This document shows, piece after piece, positions 30,834 through 40,577 of a stretch of 64,000 bases of DNA. A program made the translations under genes and the position numbers. The stretch spans positions 4,768,001-4,832,000 of the forward strand of contig OZ244999.1 of assembly GCA_965223265.1 (NCBI GenBank). The letters run 5' to 3'. Numbering within the stretch: the stretch's first letter is position 1; every line of letters begins with the position of its first letter. Under the pieces are notes generated by a model. That model was not told where the DNA came from, made no database searches, and worked only from the letters and a program-made list of their open reading frames with translations. The DNA comes from Planctomycetota bacterium. Lineage in GTDB: Bacteria > Planctomycetota > UBA8108 > SXIK01.

Positions 30834-30951
30834 CGTGGTGCAAGAAGTGCCGACTGACGGGTGGGAGGCCAAGAACTTAATCGTCTTCGTCTTGTCCTTC
30901 TCTTTCGTCACTTCGATCCTTAGGTCGCTCGCGACACCTCATCCCAAGCGC

Positions 30952-32229
30952 TCACGGATGGGATTCAAGCAACCAAGGCGTTCCCTTCCCATCCACCCGC
31001 CGCACCTCGAGGCCCTCCCCCACCAAGGCGAACTCGAAATCCTCCGGCGCCAGCTCCTTCAGCTCCGGCGCACCGGCTGCGACCAGTTCTTTGAACGATT
31101 GCGGCCACGCTCCGGTTTCGCGCCGAAAATGCAAAACCTCCGCGACGACGAACGTCTGCGCAGCCCTGGCGACGGCGATCGCCTCGCGCGTGACTAAGTT
31201 GTTGATGCGAAAGAACAGCGCTTGCGCGAACACTCCGCCGCGCTCCTTGAGGTCGCGCTCAGCGCGGTCCAGAGCCAAGAGTGCTTCATCGTACGGCTGC
31301 TGAAGCGCCTCGAGAACTTGCCTTCTGAAGTCGACGATGAGTGCCTTCTCGCCCGAGATGTATGGCTCGGTCAGCCACCGCAAGCGGGCGATCCAATAGA
31401 ACGTCTCAAGACCCTCCTCAAACCTCAAATGCTCTGAAGGCTCGTAGCCCATGAGGCCGGCGTCTACGATAGCCGCCTCCATGGTGCGCGCAGCGTCCGC
31501 ACGCGCGCCGAAAAAGACTGCACCGGAAACATCGTCAAGTTCGACCCGCGCCAGCGCGGCGCGCGGATTCTGACATCGCGGCAGCACGATCCGCAGCGCA
31601 TCGATGCCGAGCCCAGTAACGGCGATCCGCTGGATCTGAGTCATCAACTCAGGATCGGTGCGCAACAATCGCGAAAGGTGAAACACTGCGTGCAGGTCTT
31701 CGAGCGCCGCGGTTTCGTCTCCGGACTCCATTTGGTGAATGGCACCGGCACAGAACATCCGGACGAGTTGGATCAGGCCAGAGAGGTATAGCGACTCTCC
31801 GTCAAACGGAAACTGATAGTCGCGCGCGAAGACGCAGTGAGAGTGTTCGGCAGCGCGCCGGAGCAGCTCAAAGGCCGGCGAGGCAGCGGCAAACAGCGCT
31901 TCAGCATTCGCTTTCGACTCGGAGTTTGAAGCCGAATCTGCGTGCGTCAGAAACTCCTCGAAGTCAAACCCTCGCGGCAGTTCCTGCGCCAGCGCCGAAG
32001 CCTCTATATAGAGCGCCGCCGCGTTGTCATCTGGATGGAGATTCTCCGGCCGCAGGTCCACGGCTCGCAGCGGGAAACCGGCACTGCGGTACAGCTCCAC
32101 CGCCGCCACGAATCTGCTCCGTGCGCTGCGGTCCCAGACCTTCCACGCTCCGTACGCCCCGGCGATGACGCAAACCAGCGGAAGAACGATCAGCCAGAGC
32201 TTGCGACGTGCCTTCACGACACCCTCCAC
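30952..32229 (-). CDS. Hypothetical membrane-anchored helical protein
   Basis: N-terminal TM, DNAA.LY motif and C-terminal .FRRETG.WP.S..EL. Confidence 0.7.
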   Translation of the reverse strand: MEGVVKARRKLWLIVLPLVCVIAGAYGAWKVWDRSARSRFVAAVELYRSAGFPLRAVDLRPENLHPDDNAAALYIEASALAQELPRGFDFEEFLTHADSASNSESKANAEALFAAASPAFELLRRAAEHSHCVFARDYQFPFDGESLYLSGLIQLVRMFCAGAIHQMESGDETAALEDLHAVFHLSRLLRTDPELMTQIQRIAVTGLGIDALRIVLPRCQNPRAALARVELDDVSGAVFFGARADAARTMEAAIVDAGLMGYEPSEHLRFEEGLETFYWIARLRWLTEPYISGEKALIVDFRRQVLEALQQPYDEALLALDRAERDLKERGGVFAQALFFRINNLVTREAIAVARAAQTFVVAEVLHFRRETGAWPQSFKELVAAGAPELKELAPEDFEFALVGEGLEVRRVDGKGTPWLLESHP

Positions 32230-32287
32230 CGCTCAACTCCACGACCGCCCCCCATCCGACGTCGCCGCGTGGCGGCAAATCTTGAGA

Positions 32288-34183
32288 TCAAAACTCACTC
32301 TCCTCGGCGCGCAAGAACTGGCGCAGCACCGGCAGCGCCTCCTCGATGGACCAATTCTCAGACCAGCGCGTGACGCCATGGCGACGACACAGCTCAAGGA
32401 GCCGCCGCAGGTAAGGCCGCGCTCGTTCTGCGTCTTCGACGCTGAGAACGGAATCGATTTCAAGTCCGCCGCGATTCCAGCGGGCGCGATGGCCGCCCGA
32501 GAGCCGCATCGGCAGGTCCCCCACCGCGGCGCGATAGGCCCAGATCGACGCGCGCTCGACGCGCGCACGGATGTCATCGTCTTCGGCGAGCTCGAACGCG
32601 CGCCGACACGCCTCGAGGCCCCGAGCCGCCGTCTCCCGGTCGATCCCATAGTCTGCCGGATGAGCAAAGCAGCTCTTCTCGAAACCTCCTGCGAGCGCGT
32701 TTTCGTGCATCAAAGCGATGAACTGGCGGATCGCTGGTGCAGCCTTGCCGTAATAGAGTCGCACGAACTCATCGAGGAGCTCGTCGCCGCGAAGATTCGG
32801 GTTCCAGAGTAAACGCGATGCCATGTAGTTACGGACGCCAGAAAACTCCGCCCCGACTGCGTTCCCGGCCCCTTGCATGAAGACGCCGCGGGCGCTATTG
32901 GCGACGAAAAAGCGAATGTTCGGCTCGATCGTGTGTAGGTTCGGGCACGGCAACAAATAGTTGTGAAAGTTCGTCATGTACGACCAGATGCAGATGTCGT
33001 CGCTGATGCGCCCCCAGCCGCGCAGGTCATCGCGAAACGCTGCGTTCAGCTTCGAGTCTGGATGGTCGATCGGCTGCAGCTGACTGCACTCGATCGACGC
33101 GAGCTGGATCTGGACGTTGTCAGCCGGTCTCAGGTCGAGCGGTGGCTTCCGCGTGTACCAATAAGCCAAGGTGCCGACCTTGATGCCCGGATGGTCGCGT
33201 TTCACTGCCGCCGCGACCGCATTGACGAAAGTCAGCAGTGACCCCATCGGCGAGCCCTCTCGCGCGTCGATCGCAGCACACGGCGCGCAGCGGCAGTATT
33301 CGTCGTTGTCGTTCTGGCTTACCGAAATGTTACTCCACTCGGGCTCGCGTTCGATCTGCTGCAGAACTGCCGCCGTAACGATTTCAAGGACCTTCGGGTT
33401 CGTCAGACACGGCTCGTTGTCGCGAGAGTCGTTGTGCACCTGCGCTAGGCGCTTGCCATCCACGAGGCTGTAATACTCGGGATGCTCCTTGCCATAGCGA
33501 CGCGATGGAATCTGGCTGGCGAACGAATGGTTGATCAATCGGCGCGACGTGACACCGCCGAAGCGGGCGTGACGCGGCACGGTATTGATGCGCAGGCGCG
33601 CCGCGAACGCCTCGTTGCCGTTGACCTCGCCGTAGTAGCTGTAACGAAAGGCGAGAGGTGGACGATAGATGCGATCGACCGGATCGATCTTCCGCCACTC
33701 ACCCAGCGCCGGCACGTGCGTGCAGTCGGGCGTGAGAAAGCGCACGCCAAGATAGTCTTCGAGAAAGGTGTACACTCCGTAGAGCGTGCCGCGCGGCCGT
33801 CCGCCGGCGATGGCGATCGAATCATCGCGGACGACGATGCGGAGATCCTCCGGCCCCAGCCCGACGGTCGAGAATCCGGCGCGGCTCTGCCGCATCAGCG
33901 CGCTGTCGCCAATATAAACGTGTCGATCACTTCGCTGCGCCGCGGTCACGATCCGCAGTCGCGCCCCCGAAGCCTCGGCAAAAAAGTCACGAAACTCCTC
34001 GGCGGCGTAGCGCTCACTGGGGATCGCGTCGGCAGCGACGTAGATCGTCCAGTCGCGGACGTCCGCCAAATTGACACTACGTGCCGGATCAGCCGCTAAC
34101 ACGTCCACCGCAACCACGAAACTCGCCACTGCAACCATCGTTGCACGCGCAGACGTTCGTAAGTTCCTTTTCTTAGTGCGCAC
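32288..34183 (-). CDS. DUF4838 domain secreted protein
   Basis: GGRPRGTLYGVYTFLEDYLGVRF, HPEYYSL, PCLTNP, SVSQND...CRCAPC and LLWNP. GAGGA SD before GTG 34183. Confidence 0.85.
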   Translation of the reverse strand: MRTKKRNLRTSARATMVAVASFVVAVDVLAADPARSVNLADVRDWTIYVAADAIPSERYAAEEFRDFFAEASGARLRIVTAAQRSDRHVYIGDSALMRQSRAGFSTVGLGPEDLRIVVRDDSIAIAGGRPRGTLYGVYTFLEDYLGVRFLTPDCTHVPALGEWRKIDPVDRIYRPPLAFRYSYYGEVNGNEAFAARLRINTVPRHARFGGVTSRRLINHSFASQIPSRRYGKEHPEYYSLVDGKRLAQVHNDSRDNEPCLTNPKVLEIVTAAVLQQIEREPEWSNISVSQNDNDEYCRCAPCAAIDAREGSPMGSLLTFVNAVAAAVKRDHPGIKVGTLAYWYTRKPPLDLRPADNVQIQLASIECSQLQPIDHPDSKLNAAFRDDLRGWGRISDDICIWSYMTNFHNYLLPCPNLHTIEPNIRFFVANSARGVFMQGAGNAVGAEFSGVRNYMASRLLWNPNLRGDELLDEFVRLYYGKAAPAIRQFIALMHENALAGGFEKSCFAHPADYGIDRETAARGLEACRRAFELAEDDDIRARVERASIWAYRAAVGDLPMRLSGGHRARWNRGGLEIDSVLSVEDAERARPYLRRLLELCRRHGVTRWSENWSIEEALPVLRQFLRAEESEF

Positions 34184-34373
34184 AGGTCTTCCTCGCTCAT
34201 GTCGGTCGCTTGTAGACTCAGTGTACACGAACCCGCGCAAGCCCGAAACCTCACCGCGCCGCAACGTGTCTTCCTCCACTTCGGAAACGCTGGTATCCGG
34301 TTATACTACGAAAGTCACGCGCGGCATGATCGCTCGCGGTTCACAGCTCCACCCAAACTTGGAGAGAAACTCC

Positions 34374-35705
34374 ATGTCATTCACTCCCAGTGCACCAACC
34401 ATCGCCCTTTTTCCGCGCCTGCCGTGGATCCTGCCGACACTCCTCCTTCTGTGCACGCTCTCCAGCGCCGCCCTCGGCGCGGAGATGAAGGTCGGCGCGG
34501 CATTTCGCGTCATCACCCCCGACCCACTCCTTCCCATCTCGGGAGGTGTCGGTACACCGAGCCCCGTGAAAGAGAAAAGGGGCGACCTCTTCGCACGCGC
34601 CATGGTTTTTGAGCAAGCAGGCACGCGCGTCGCCATCGTCGGCGTCGATTACCTCGGTTTTCCGGCTGTCCTCTGCGATCAAGTACGCTCTCGCGTCCGC
34701 GACATCCCCGCGGAAAACATTCTGATCGGCTCGACCCACAACCACAGCGGCCCCGACATGTACGGCTTCCCGGATGGCAAAGGCGGACGCAGTGGTGATC
34801 CGAAGTACACGCAGTGGGCCATCGGCAAGATCGCCGAAGCGATCAATGACGCCGCGGAGCACCTGCGTCCCGCAGCGCTGAAGATCGCAGTCGGCGACGC
34901 CAAAGGTAAGATCGCCTACAACTACTACGCTCCGCAGCTCTACGATCCGCGCTGCGGAGTCATCCAGGCCGTCGAGACTTCGGGCCCAAACCAAGGCAAG
35001 GTGATCGCCACGCTCGTCAACTACGCCAGCCACCCCGAAGTGCTCGGTCCGAAAAGCGGCATCTTGAGCCCAGACTTTTGCGGCCCGCTCTATGATCGCA
35101 TCGAGGAAGTTGCTGGCGGTGTCGCGCTCTACATGAACGGCGCCCAAGGCGGCATGGTCACCGCAGACTGCCGTGGCCCAGATGGCAAAGACATTCAAAC
35201 TTGGGACGAGTGCGTTCGCATCGGACGCTTGCTCGCCGACGAAGCGCTGCGCATCGTCGGCGATACGCAGCTGCAGAAAGATCCCGGCCTCTACGTCACC
35301 AGCCGCAACTTGGAGCTTCCGGTCACCTCACCTCTCATGCAGCAGTTGATCGCACTCATGGATCTGGGCGGGCCAGGCTCGCGCGGCGCGAAGAGCGCCG
35401 CAAGCGTCACCACACGTCTCAACCTGGTGAACATCGGCACGGCCCAGCTGCTGACGATCCCCGGTGAAGCACTGCCCAACATCGGCTACTACCTCAAACG
35501 CAACATGCCGGGCGAGCATGACTTTCTGCTCGGACTGACCAATGATGCGTTCGGTTACATCCTGGCGCGCGTCGATTTCGATAGCTTCAAGCGCTACGAG
35601 TATATCTCGCGCACGAGTTTGGGGGAGATGACCGGGGAGATCTACATGGAGCGCGCGCTCAAGCTCGTCGCCGAGTCACCGCGCCCGGACGGCGCGGGAG
35701 AATGA
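34374..35705 (+). CDS. Neutral/alkaline ceramidase N-terminal domain-like secreted protein
   Basis: L.ARAMV, STHNHSGPD, NYASHPE, NGAQGG, IPGEALP and GL.ND..GYI. Signal peptide and GGAG SD. Confidence 0.75.
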   Translation: MSFTPSAPTIALFPRLPWILPTLLLLCTLSSAALGAEMKVGAAFRVITPDPLLPISGGVGTPSPVKEKRGDLFARAMVFEQAGTRVAIVGVDYLGFPAVLCDQVRSRVRDIPAENILIGSTHNHSGPDMYGFPDGKGGRSGDPKYTQWAIGKIAEAINDAAEHLRPAALKIAVGDAKGKIAYNYYAPQLYDPRCGVIQAVETSGPNQGKVIATLVNYASHPEVLGPKSGILSPDFCGPLYDRIEEVAGGVALYMNGAQGGMVTADCRGPDGKDIQTWDECVRIGRLLADEALRIVGDTQLQKDPGLYVTSRNLELPVTSPLMQQLIALMDLGGPGSRGAKSAASVTTRLNLVNIGTAQLLTIPGEALPNIGYYLKRNMPGEHDFLLGLTNDAFGYILARVDFDSFKRYEYISRTSLGEMTGEIYMERALKLVAESPRPDGAGE

Positions 35706-35947
35706 CGGTCGTCGGGTGCGACAAAGTGGTCGGCACACGTCTCATTGGCTCGATCTGCGCCCCCATCGAGCGTCTATCTCGCGAATCTCTTTTCTTTGTG
35801 CCAAGAACGCAACCTTGCAGCGGAAAGCGAGACGTCCTCGAGCGCCTGAGCTTCTTTGTCTGATCTTCGTTTGCTTCGTTCGCTTCTGTTCAAAAGATCA
35901 GAAAAAGAGTCGAACACAAGGAAACTAAGTCAACGAAAAGCGCTGTC

Positions 35948-36002
35948 CAAAGTAGCAAGCAAGGCCGTGTGCTGTCCGGAGGTGACAATGACTGCTACTT
36001 TG
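35948..36002. repeat. Degenerate GTAG-type REP element
   Basis: CAAAGTAGCA...CCGTGTGCTGT...TGCTACTTTG, related to the copies at 45110, 56521 and 63618. Confidence 0.5.
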
Positions 36003-36020
36003 CCCATGGTAAGTGCTAAG

Positions 36021-36064
36021 AAAAAGGCCCACGCAGTGCGCCTCCACGGCGTGGGCCCTTTTTT
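36021..36064. terminator. Bidirectional intrinsic terminator
   Basis: AAAAA-GGCCCACGC loop GCGTGGGCC-C-TTTTTT between convergent genes. Confidence 0.75.
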
Positions 36065-36106
36065 CTATACCTTGACCGAGAGTGTCGAGTGAAAGCAGCT
36101 GCCAGC

Positions 36107-38026
36107 CTACTGACAGCTATCCTCACACTCACTTTCGGGCAGCGTGATGCAGCTTGTTCCGAGTGCGTGCGGCGGATTGGCTCCGCCGACAAACTGAAAA
36201 TTGAGCGACGCGACGGGGTCTGAAATATCGTGACCACCATCACCGTTAAAGTCGGCTACGAGCAGGCCGGCAGCGTTCAGTCCGTCGCCGGCAAGCAAGC
36301 AGGCTGCGGCCAACGGGATACCTGCGAACTGGAAATTCAGGTCCGCAACCGGATCAGAAATATCTATGCCACCGTCACCATTGACATCTCCCGGCAGCCA
36401 GGAGGCCCCGCAGCCACTGCTGTCAAACACGACCGCAGCCGAAAACACGCTCGTCTCCGCACCGTCCAAAAGCACGGGTTCCCCGGGAACTGTCGCCGTA
36501 ACAACGATCGACTGACCCGCGAGCTGGTCCGCGACCGCCGAGACGTCGAATAAGAATGCCCCCTCATTCGGAGCACCGTCGTCGGGACCACCTTCCTCGA
36601 ACGACGCGACCCACTGCAGCCCCTGCGGGTTTGTGCCTACGGTGCCCGGATCAGCAACGTAGAGATCGACAGTCGCGAAGGTAAAATCCACCGCCTCAAC
36701 GACGAGCGGAATCTGCCCTTGAATCGTGCAGCCGCTGGTGTCGCTGATCACCGGTGCGATGTTGTCTACACGAGCCAGAATCTGCGCGTGGATCGTGCGA
36801 TCCACACTTTCGTAGAGAGCTCCCGTGTTGTTGAATAGCGAGTTGCCACGGAAGGTCACGGCTGAATCCGACGGAAAGTTCAACAACGTGCCCGTATGGT
36901 TGGCAATGATGTTTCCTTCAAGCTCATCGCTCGTTCCATCAAAATCGCTGCCGATGAGGAAGCCCGGCATCGGATCGCCGCGGAAAAACTCATTGTTCGC
37001 GATGGAAGTGGTGCCGTCGACGCCGACACCGACATAGTTGCCCGAGAAACGCACGTTCGGGTTCGGCGAGCTGAAAACCTGGAACACTTCGTCCTTCATG
37101 CCGCCGATGACGTTTCTCTCGTCGGCATCGGCGACGCCATCGCCGTCTGTGCCAATCACGAGGCTAGCGAATCCACCGCCTTCAATGGCGTCACCTTCGC
37201 CGACTGCGCCGCCGTCATCCGCCACCGTCACGCCGTCCGGCAGAATACCGATGTAGTTGCCGGCGATCTTGACGTTCGCCGCACCTTCAACGATCGTGTT
37301 GACGTTGAAACCGGCGATGACGTTGAACTCGGCGCGATCGTCGACGCCGTCGCCGTTGGTGCCGAACGCATGACCACCTGCTGTGCTGCAGGCGCCAAGA
37401 CCGATCTCACCGCCGGCCACCGTGCCAGCGTCCGGGCTCAGGCCGATCCAGCAGCCGCCGACCTGGCCGCCTGCCGCGCCGTCGCGAAAATTGATGCCGT
37501 AGTTCAAACCACCTGCGGCGGTTTCGTAGGTACTGAGGAACGAAATGCCGCGGATCACGATGTTGTCGCCGAAAAGCGTCATGATGTCGCCTTCGTTGCC
37601 ACCATCCTGAAACGTGTGGTTGCCATTCGTTGCATCGATCACGATTTGCAGAACTGCGTTGTTGCCACCGAGGATGTCGTTCGTGTTGGGGCTCGCGCCC
37701 GGCTGCGTGTAGCCGTCGATCGTGACGTCACTGGCGCTGACCGTGAAACCGTTGAACGGCTCGGCGATGGTGTGCGGCCCGTCGCCCGCGATATTGAAGT
37801 GAATGGCGTCGTCAGTGCCCAGCGTCCCCGTGACCTGATCGCTCTCGCTCGGGTCAAGTGGGCGACCGAGTTCGCCGTTGACGGCCAGGATGGCCTCCGT
37901 CAAGGTCAATACCCCGTCCGCCTCGTTCGTGGTGTTCGTCGTGTTGACGGTGAGAGTCGCCGCTGAGAGGGACAGGCTCACCGAAAAACCCGCTGCAATC
38001 AAAACGGTTAAAGGCATGCGTAACAT
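36107..38026 (-). CDS. Secreted beta-helix-like (CSLREA-type) protein with C-terminal dockerin-like module
   Basis: GGAGGT SD, signal peptide, VNTT...LTLTEAI, IDGYTQPGA and repeated GNYIG/IG.DGDG..D..E.N.I. Ends in GDVNGDGGIDISD..DFNGDGGHDISD. Confidence 0.8.
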   Translation of the reverse strand: MLRMPLTVLIAAGFSVSLSLSAATLTVNTTNTTNEADGVLTLTEAILAVNGELGRPLDPSESDQVTGTLGTDDAIHFNIAGDGPHTIAEPFNGFTVSASDVTIDGYTQPGASPNTNDILGGNNAVLQIVIDATNGNHTFQDGGNEGDIMTLFGDNIVIRGISFLSTYETAAGGLNYGINFRDGAAGGQVGGCWIGLSPDAGTVAGGEIGLGACSTAGGHAFGTNGDGVDDRAEFNVIAGFNVNTIVEGAANVKIAGNYIGILPDGVTVADDGGAVGEGDAIEGGGFASLVIGTDGDGVADADERNVIGGMKDEVFQVFSSPNPNVRFSGNYVGVGVDGTTSIANNEFFRGDPMPGFLIGSDFDGTSDELEGNIIANHTGTLLNFPSDSAVTFRGNSLFNNTGALYESVDRTIHAQILARVDNIAPVISDTSGCTIQGQIPLVVEAVDFTFATVDLYVADPGTVGTNPQGLQWVASFEEGGPDDGAPNEGAFLFDVSAVADQLAGQSIVVTATVPGEPVLLDGAETSVFSAAVVFDSSGCGASWLPGDVNGDGGIDISDPVADLNFQFAGIPLAAACLLAGDGLNAAGLLVADFNGDGGHDISDPVASLNFQFVGGANPPHALGTSCITLPESECEDSCQ

Positions 38027-38123
38027 CGCTACCTCCGGTTCCCAAACGCCTGAAAAACACACCCAGGCGACCCAACTCATCCCGGGCAAAGAGCCTTGAA
38101 TTATCTTCCCGACTCGTCCGAAG

Positions 38124-40346
38124 TCAACGCGATTTCACCGCTCCCTCCAGCTCGGCGCGCAGTACGGGAACCCGCCTTTCAACGAACTCGCGAATCTGAT
38201 CGTAAAACTCGCGGATCTCGCTGCGTCGGTCGTCGCGAGTGACACCGAGGTGAGCCTCGATCAGGGTCAGGTCGTCGAGGAGAAGGGTCTCCAGCGCCGC
38301 CGCAGCGTCAAGGATTCTCGGCGCGACGTTACGGCCCTGGGGATCGAGAAAGTCGCGCAGTGTCTCGAGGTACGCGGCATCGAACTCTGGCACCAGATGA
38401 AAACCGCGCGACACGATGCCCTGGCGCGGTGTCGTCACCGGCAACTGGTCCTGCCAGGGCTGGAACGTCTGGTCGAGGTCCCAGGGGAACACTCGCCAGC
38501 GATCGGGCGGCGCTGGCACGTACAAAAAAAAGTTATTCCGGAAGCCGTCCCAGTTGGAGATGAACACGCTCACAGCGCTGTAGAGCCCAAAGCTCTGAGC
38601 ATCAAGGCTTTCGAACACCGCGGGCTCCCTGATGGTGCGGCTCAGCGATCGAAGCTCGGCGAGTCGTGCATCGAAAGCTTCACGCCCAGTGTGCAGATTC
38701 GTCTTCTTAGTGAAGACGTCCTTCTCGAGCTTGTAGAGGTCGGCGCAGTCGTCGAGGCCGCTCAAACGCAGGAAGGCTTCGTTGATCTGCTGAAGTGCGA
38801 GTCGTTGTGAATGAACGGGAGCTCCGTCACCCGCCTCGACGGCGCGGAACCAGTCAACGCGCGGCGCGGTGAGGCCAAGGTCACGGCAAAGCTGCGAGGA
38901 GAAGTGCTCGATGATCGGCGCGATGCTCGTGCGCTCGACTCCCGTTTCGGGGTGCAGGTTGAGCGTGCGGTCACCCCGATACTCCTCGCCCTTGAGGAAT
39001 CGCAGCTTGTGTCCGGTGTCCGACGGTATGACGCGCGCTCCATCGAAGTTCAAAGCTGCCGCTGCGCCCAGCTCGAGGAGGACGAACCCGCTCTGTTCGT
39101 CGGCGGTGAACGGAGTCGGAGCAGCGGGAAAGAGCCAAATGAGAGGCAGCTTGGACGCAATTTCAGAGTCATAGACAAATGTGCTAAAGAACGGTCGCGG
39201 CTCGCCGGAGTGCGGCAGCGAAAGCGAGATGTCGCCCTCGAGCTCGACACGAAGGCGGTAACGCACGAGCGTCTGCGACGGCTGCGGTGGCAACGTCGCG
39301 GCGAACAACACCGAACTTGCGGTTTCATCTTCGAGCACCATGTCGACACTCGAAGGCGCTTCAGGCGGAGAGGTCTTAGTCGCCATCGTCAAGGCGTACC
39401 ACTCGAGAGTGGCGCTGGCGATCTCCGCAGCTGCAAAGTCGAGCCTGGCGCGAACAGTGATTTCGTCGCTCGAGCGCGGCTGGGCAGGTGTCACGGTGAG
39501 CGTCTCGATGGCGGGAAACGCCGGCACCCCGGCCGCTGCGTTGGCAGCCCCGGGCGTGGGCTGCGGCAGACCGTCCTCGGTGCGTGCGGTCGACGCGCGC
39601 CAACTGTGAAAATCCTCAGCGGGCAAGCGAACATCGATGCGCTCGAGAGAGGCCCCGTAGCCGTCAGCGCCAGTCGGCCACGGCGCGCGGTCGTCGTAGC
39701 GGAGCGATTCCACGACACATTCGCCACTCTCTAAGGTCAAGCGCTCGCCGCCATCGGCAAGCCATCCCTCGTAGGGACCGAACACGCGTTCGAGGCTCTG
39801 CTCCCAACGCCCCGGGTTCTTGGCCAGTACAGCGAAGTCGCCGGGCTCGATCGTCGAGCCTTGCGGAAACGTGAAATCGATTCCATTCGTGAAGCGGTAG
39901 CTACTCAAGTCAACGCTGACGCTGCTCAGATTTTGCAGCTCAACGAATTCCTCGTCGGCGAGTTCCGCCGGGTCGTAGTGGATCTCGGAGATGATGACGG
40001 CGCTGGTAGTGTCGCCGGCCCCGTCGCAGTCCAGTGCATCGCACGTTGGATCAGGACCCGCGACCAGCGGCCCCGGCGCGGGAGGCGGTGAACCATTGCG
40101 AAAGAGATAACGAAGAAGCGACATGGCATCGTCGAAGACGACGGCACCATCATCGTCGACGTCAGCAGCATCAGCACAGCCGAGCGGTACGCCAGCAAAC
40201 AGCGACAGAATGATCGCCACGGGATCGCCGACGTTGAGGGTGCCGTCGCTGTTGGCATCGCCACGGCGAAAGTCGGCGACAAGCGGCGACGAGAGTGCCA
40301 CTAGAGTCAACGCGACGACAGCGAGGCAACGGAATCTCACGCGCAT
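38124..40346 (-). CDS. Secreted dockerin-like plus lamin-tail domain plus CotH-family kinase
   Basis: FRRGDANSDG after the signal peptide, IISEIHYDP..EFVEL.N (LTD), and NWDG..NN..PWDLD (CotH). Confidence 0.8.
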   Translation of the reverse strand: MRVRFRCLAVVALTLVALSSPLVADFRRGDANSDGTLNVGDPVAIILSLFAGVPLGCADAADVDDDGAVVFDDAMSLLRYLFRNGSPPPAPGPLVAGPDPTCDALDCDGAGDTTSAVIISEIHYDPAELADEEFVELQNLSSVSVDLSSYRFTNGIDFTFPQGSTIEPGDFAVLAKNPGRWEQSLERVFGPYEGWLADGGERLTLESGECVVESLRYDDRAPWPTGADGYGASLERIDVRLPAEDFHSWRASTARTEDGLPQPTPGAANAAAGVPAFPAIETLTVTPAQPRSSDEITVRARLDFAAAEIASATLEWYALTMATKTSPPEAPSSVDMVLEDETASSVLFAATLPPQPSQTLVRYRLRVELEGDISLSLPHSGEPRPFFSTFVYDSEIASKLPLIWLFPAAPTPFTADEQSGFVLLELGAAAALNFDGARVIPSDTGHKLRFLKGEEYRGDRTLNLHPETGVERTSIAPIIEHFSSQLCRDLGLTAPRVDWFRAVEAGDGAPVHSQRLALQQINEAFLRLSGLDDCADLYKLEKDVFTKKTNLHTGREAFDARLAELRSLSRTIREPAVFESLDAQSFGLYSAVSVFISNWDGFRNNFFLYVPAPPDRWRVFPWDLDQTFQPWQDQLPVTTPRQGIVSRGFHLVPEFDAAYLETLRDFLDPQGRNVAPRILDAAAALETLLLDDLTLIEAHLGVTRDDRRSEIREFYDQIREFVERRVPVLRAELEGAVKSR

Positions 40347-40577
40347 AGTCTCAGACGTTGTTCGTAGACGGGGCGGACGAAGCTCGCGATGCGAGATGGC
40401 AGCAGACCGAGGCCGCGGCGAGGATCCAACCAACCTTGCGGCGAACATCGACATCGAACACGCCAACATGTCGCGATGCACCGATGTTAATGGAGAGCCC
40501 GATCACCGCAAGGGCGGAAACGCGAGCCGAAGCGCGCGATCGAGGCGGAGGAGGCTCGTGAGTCGACTTCGTCGACG

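Noticed and set aside
20865-34183. Two DUF4838 genes as a recent duplication
   Set aside because: The sequences are highly divergent, and multiple paralogues are ordinary in this group.
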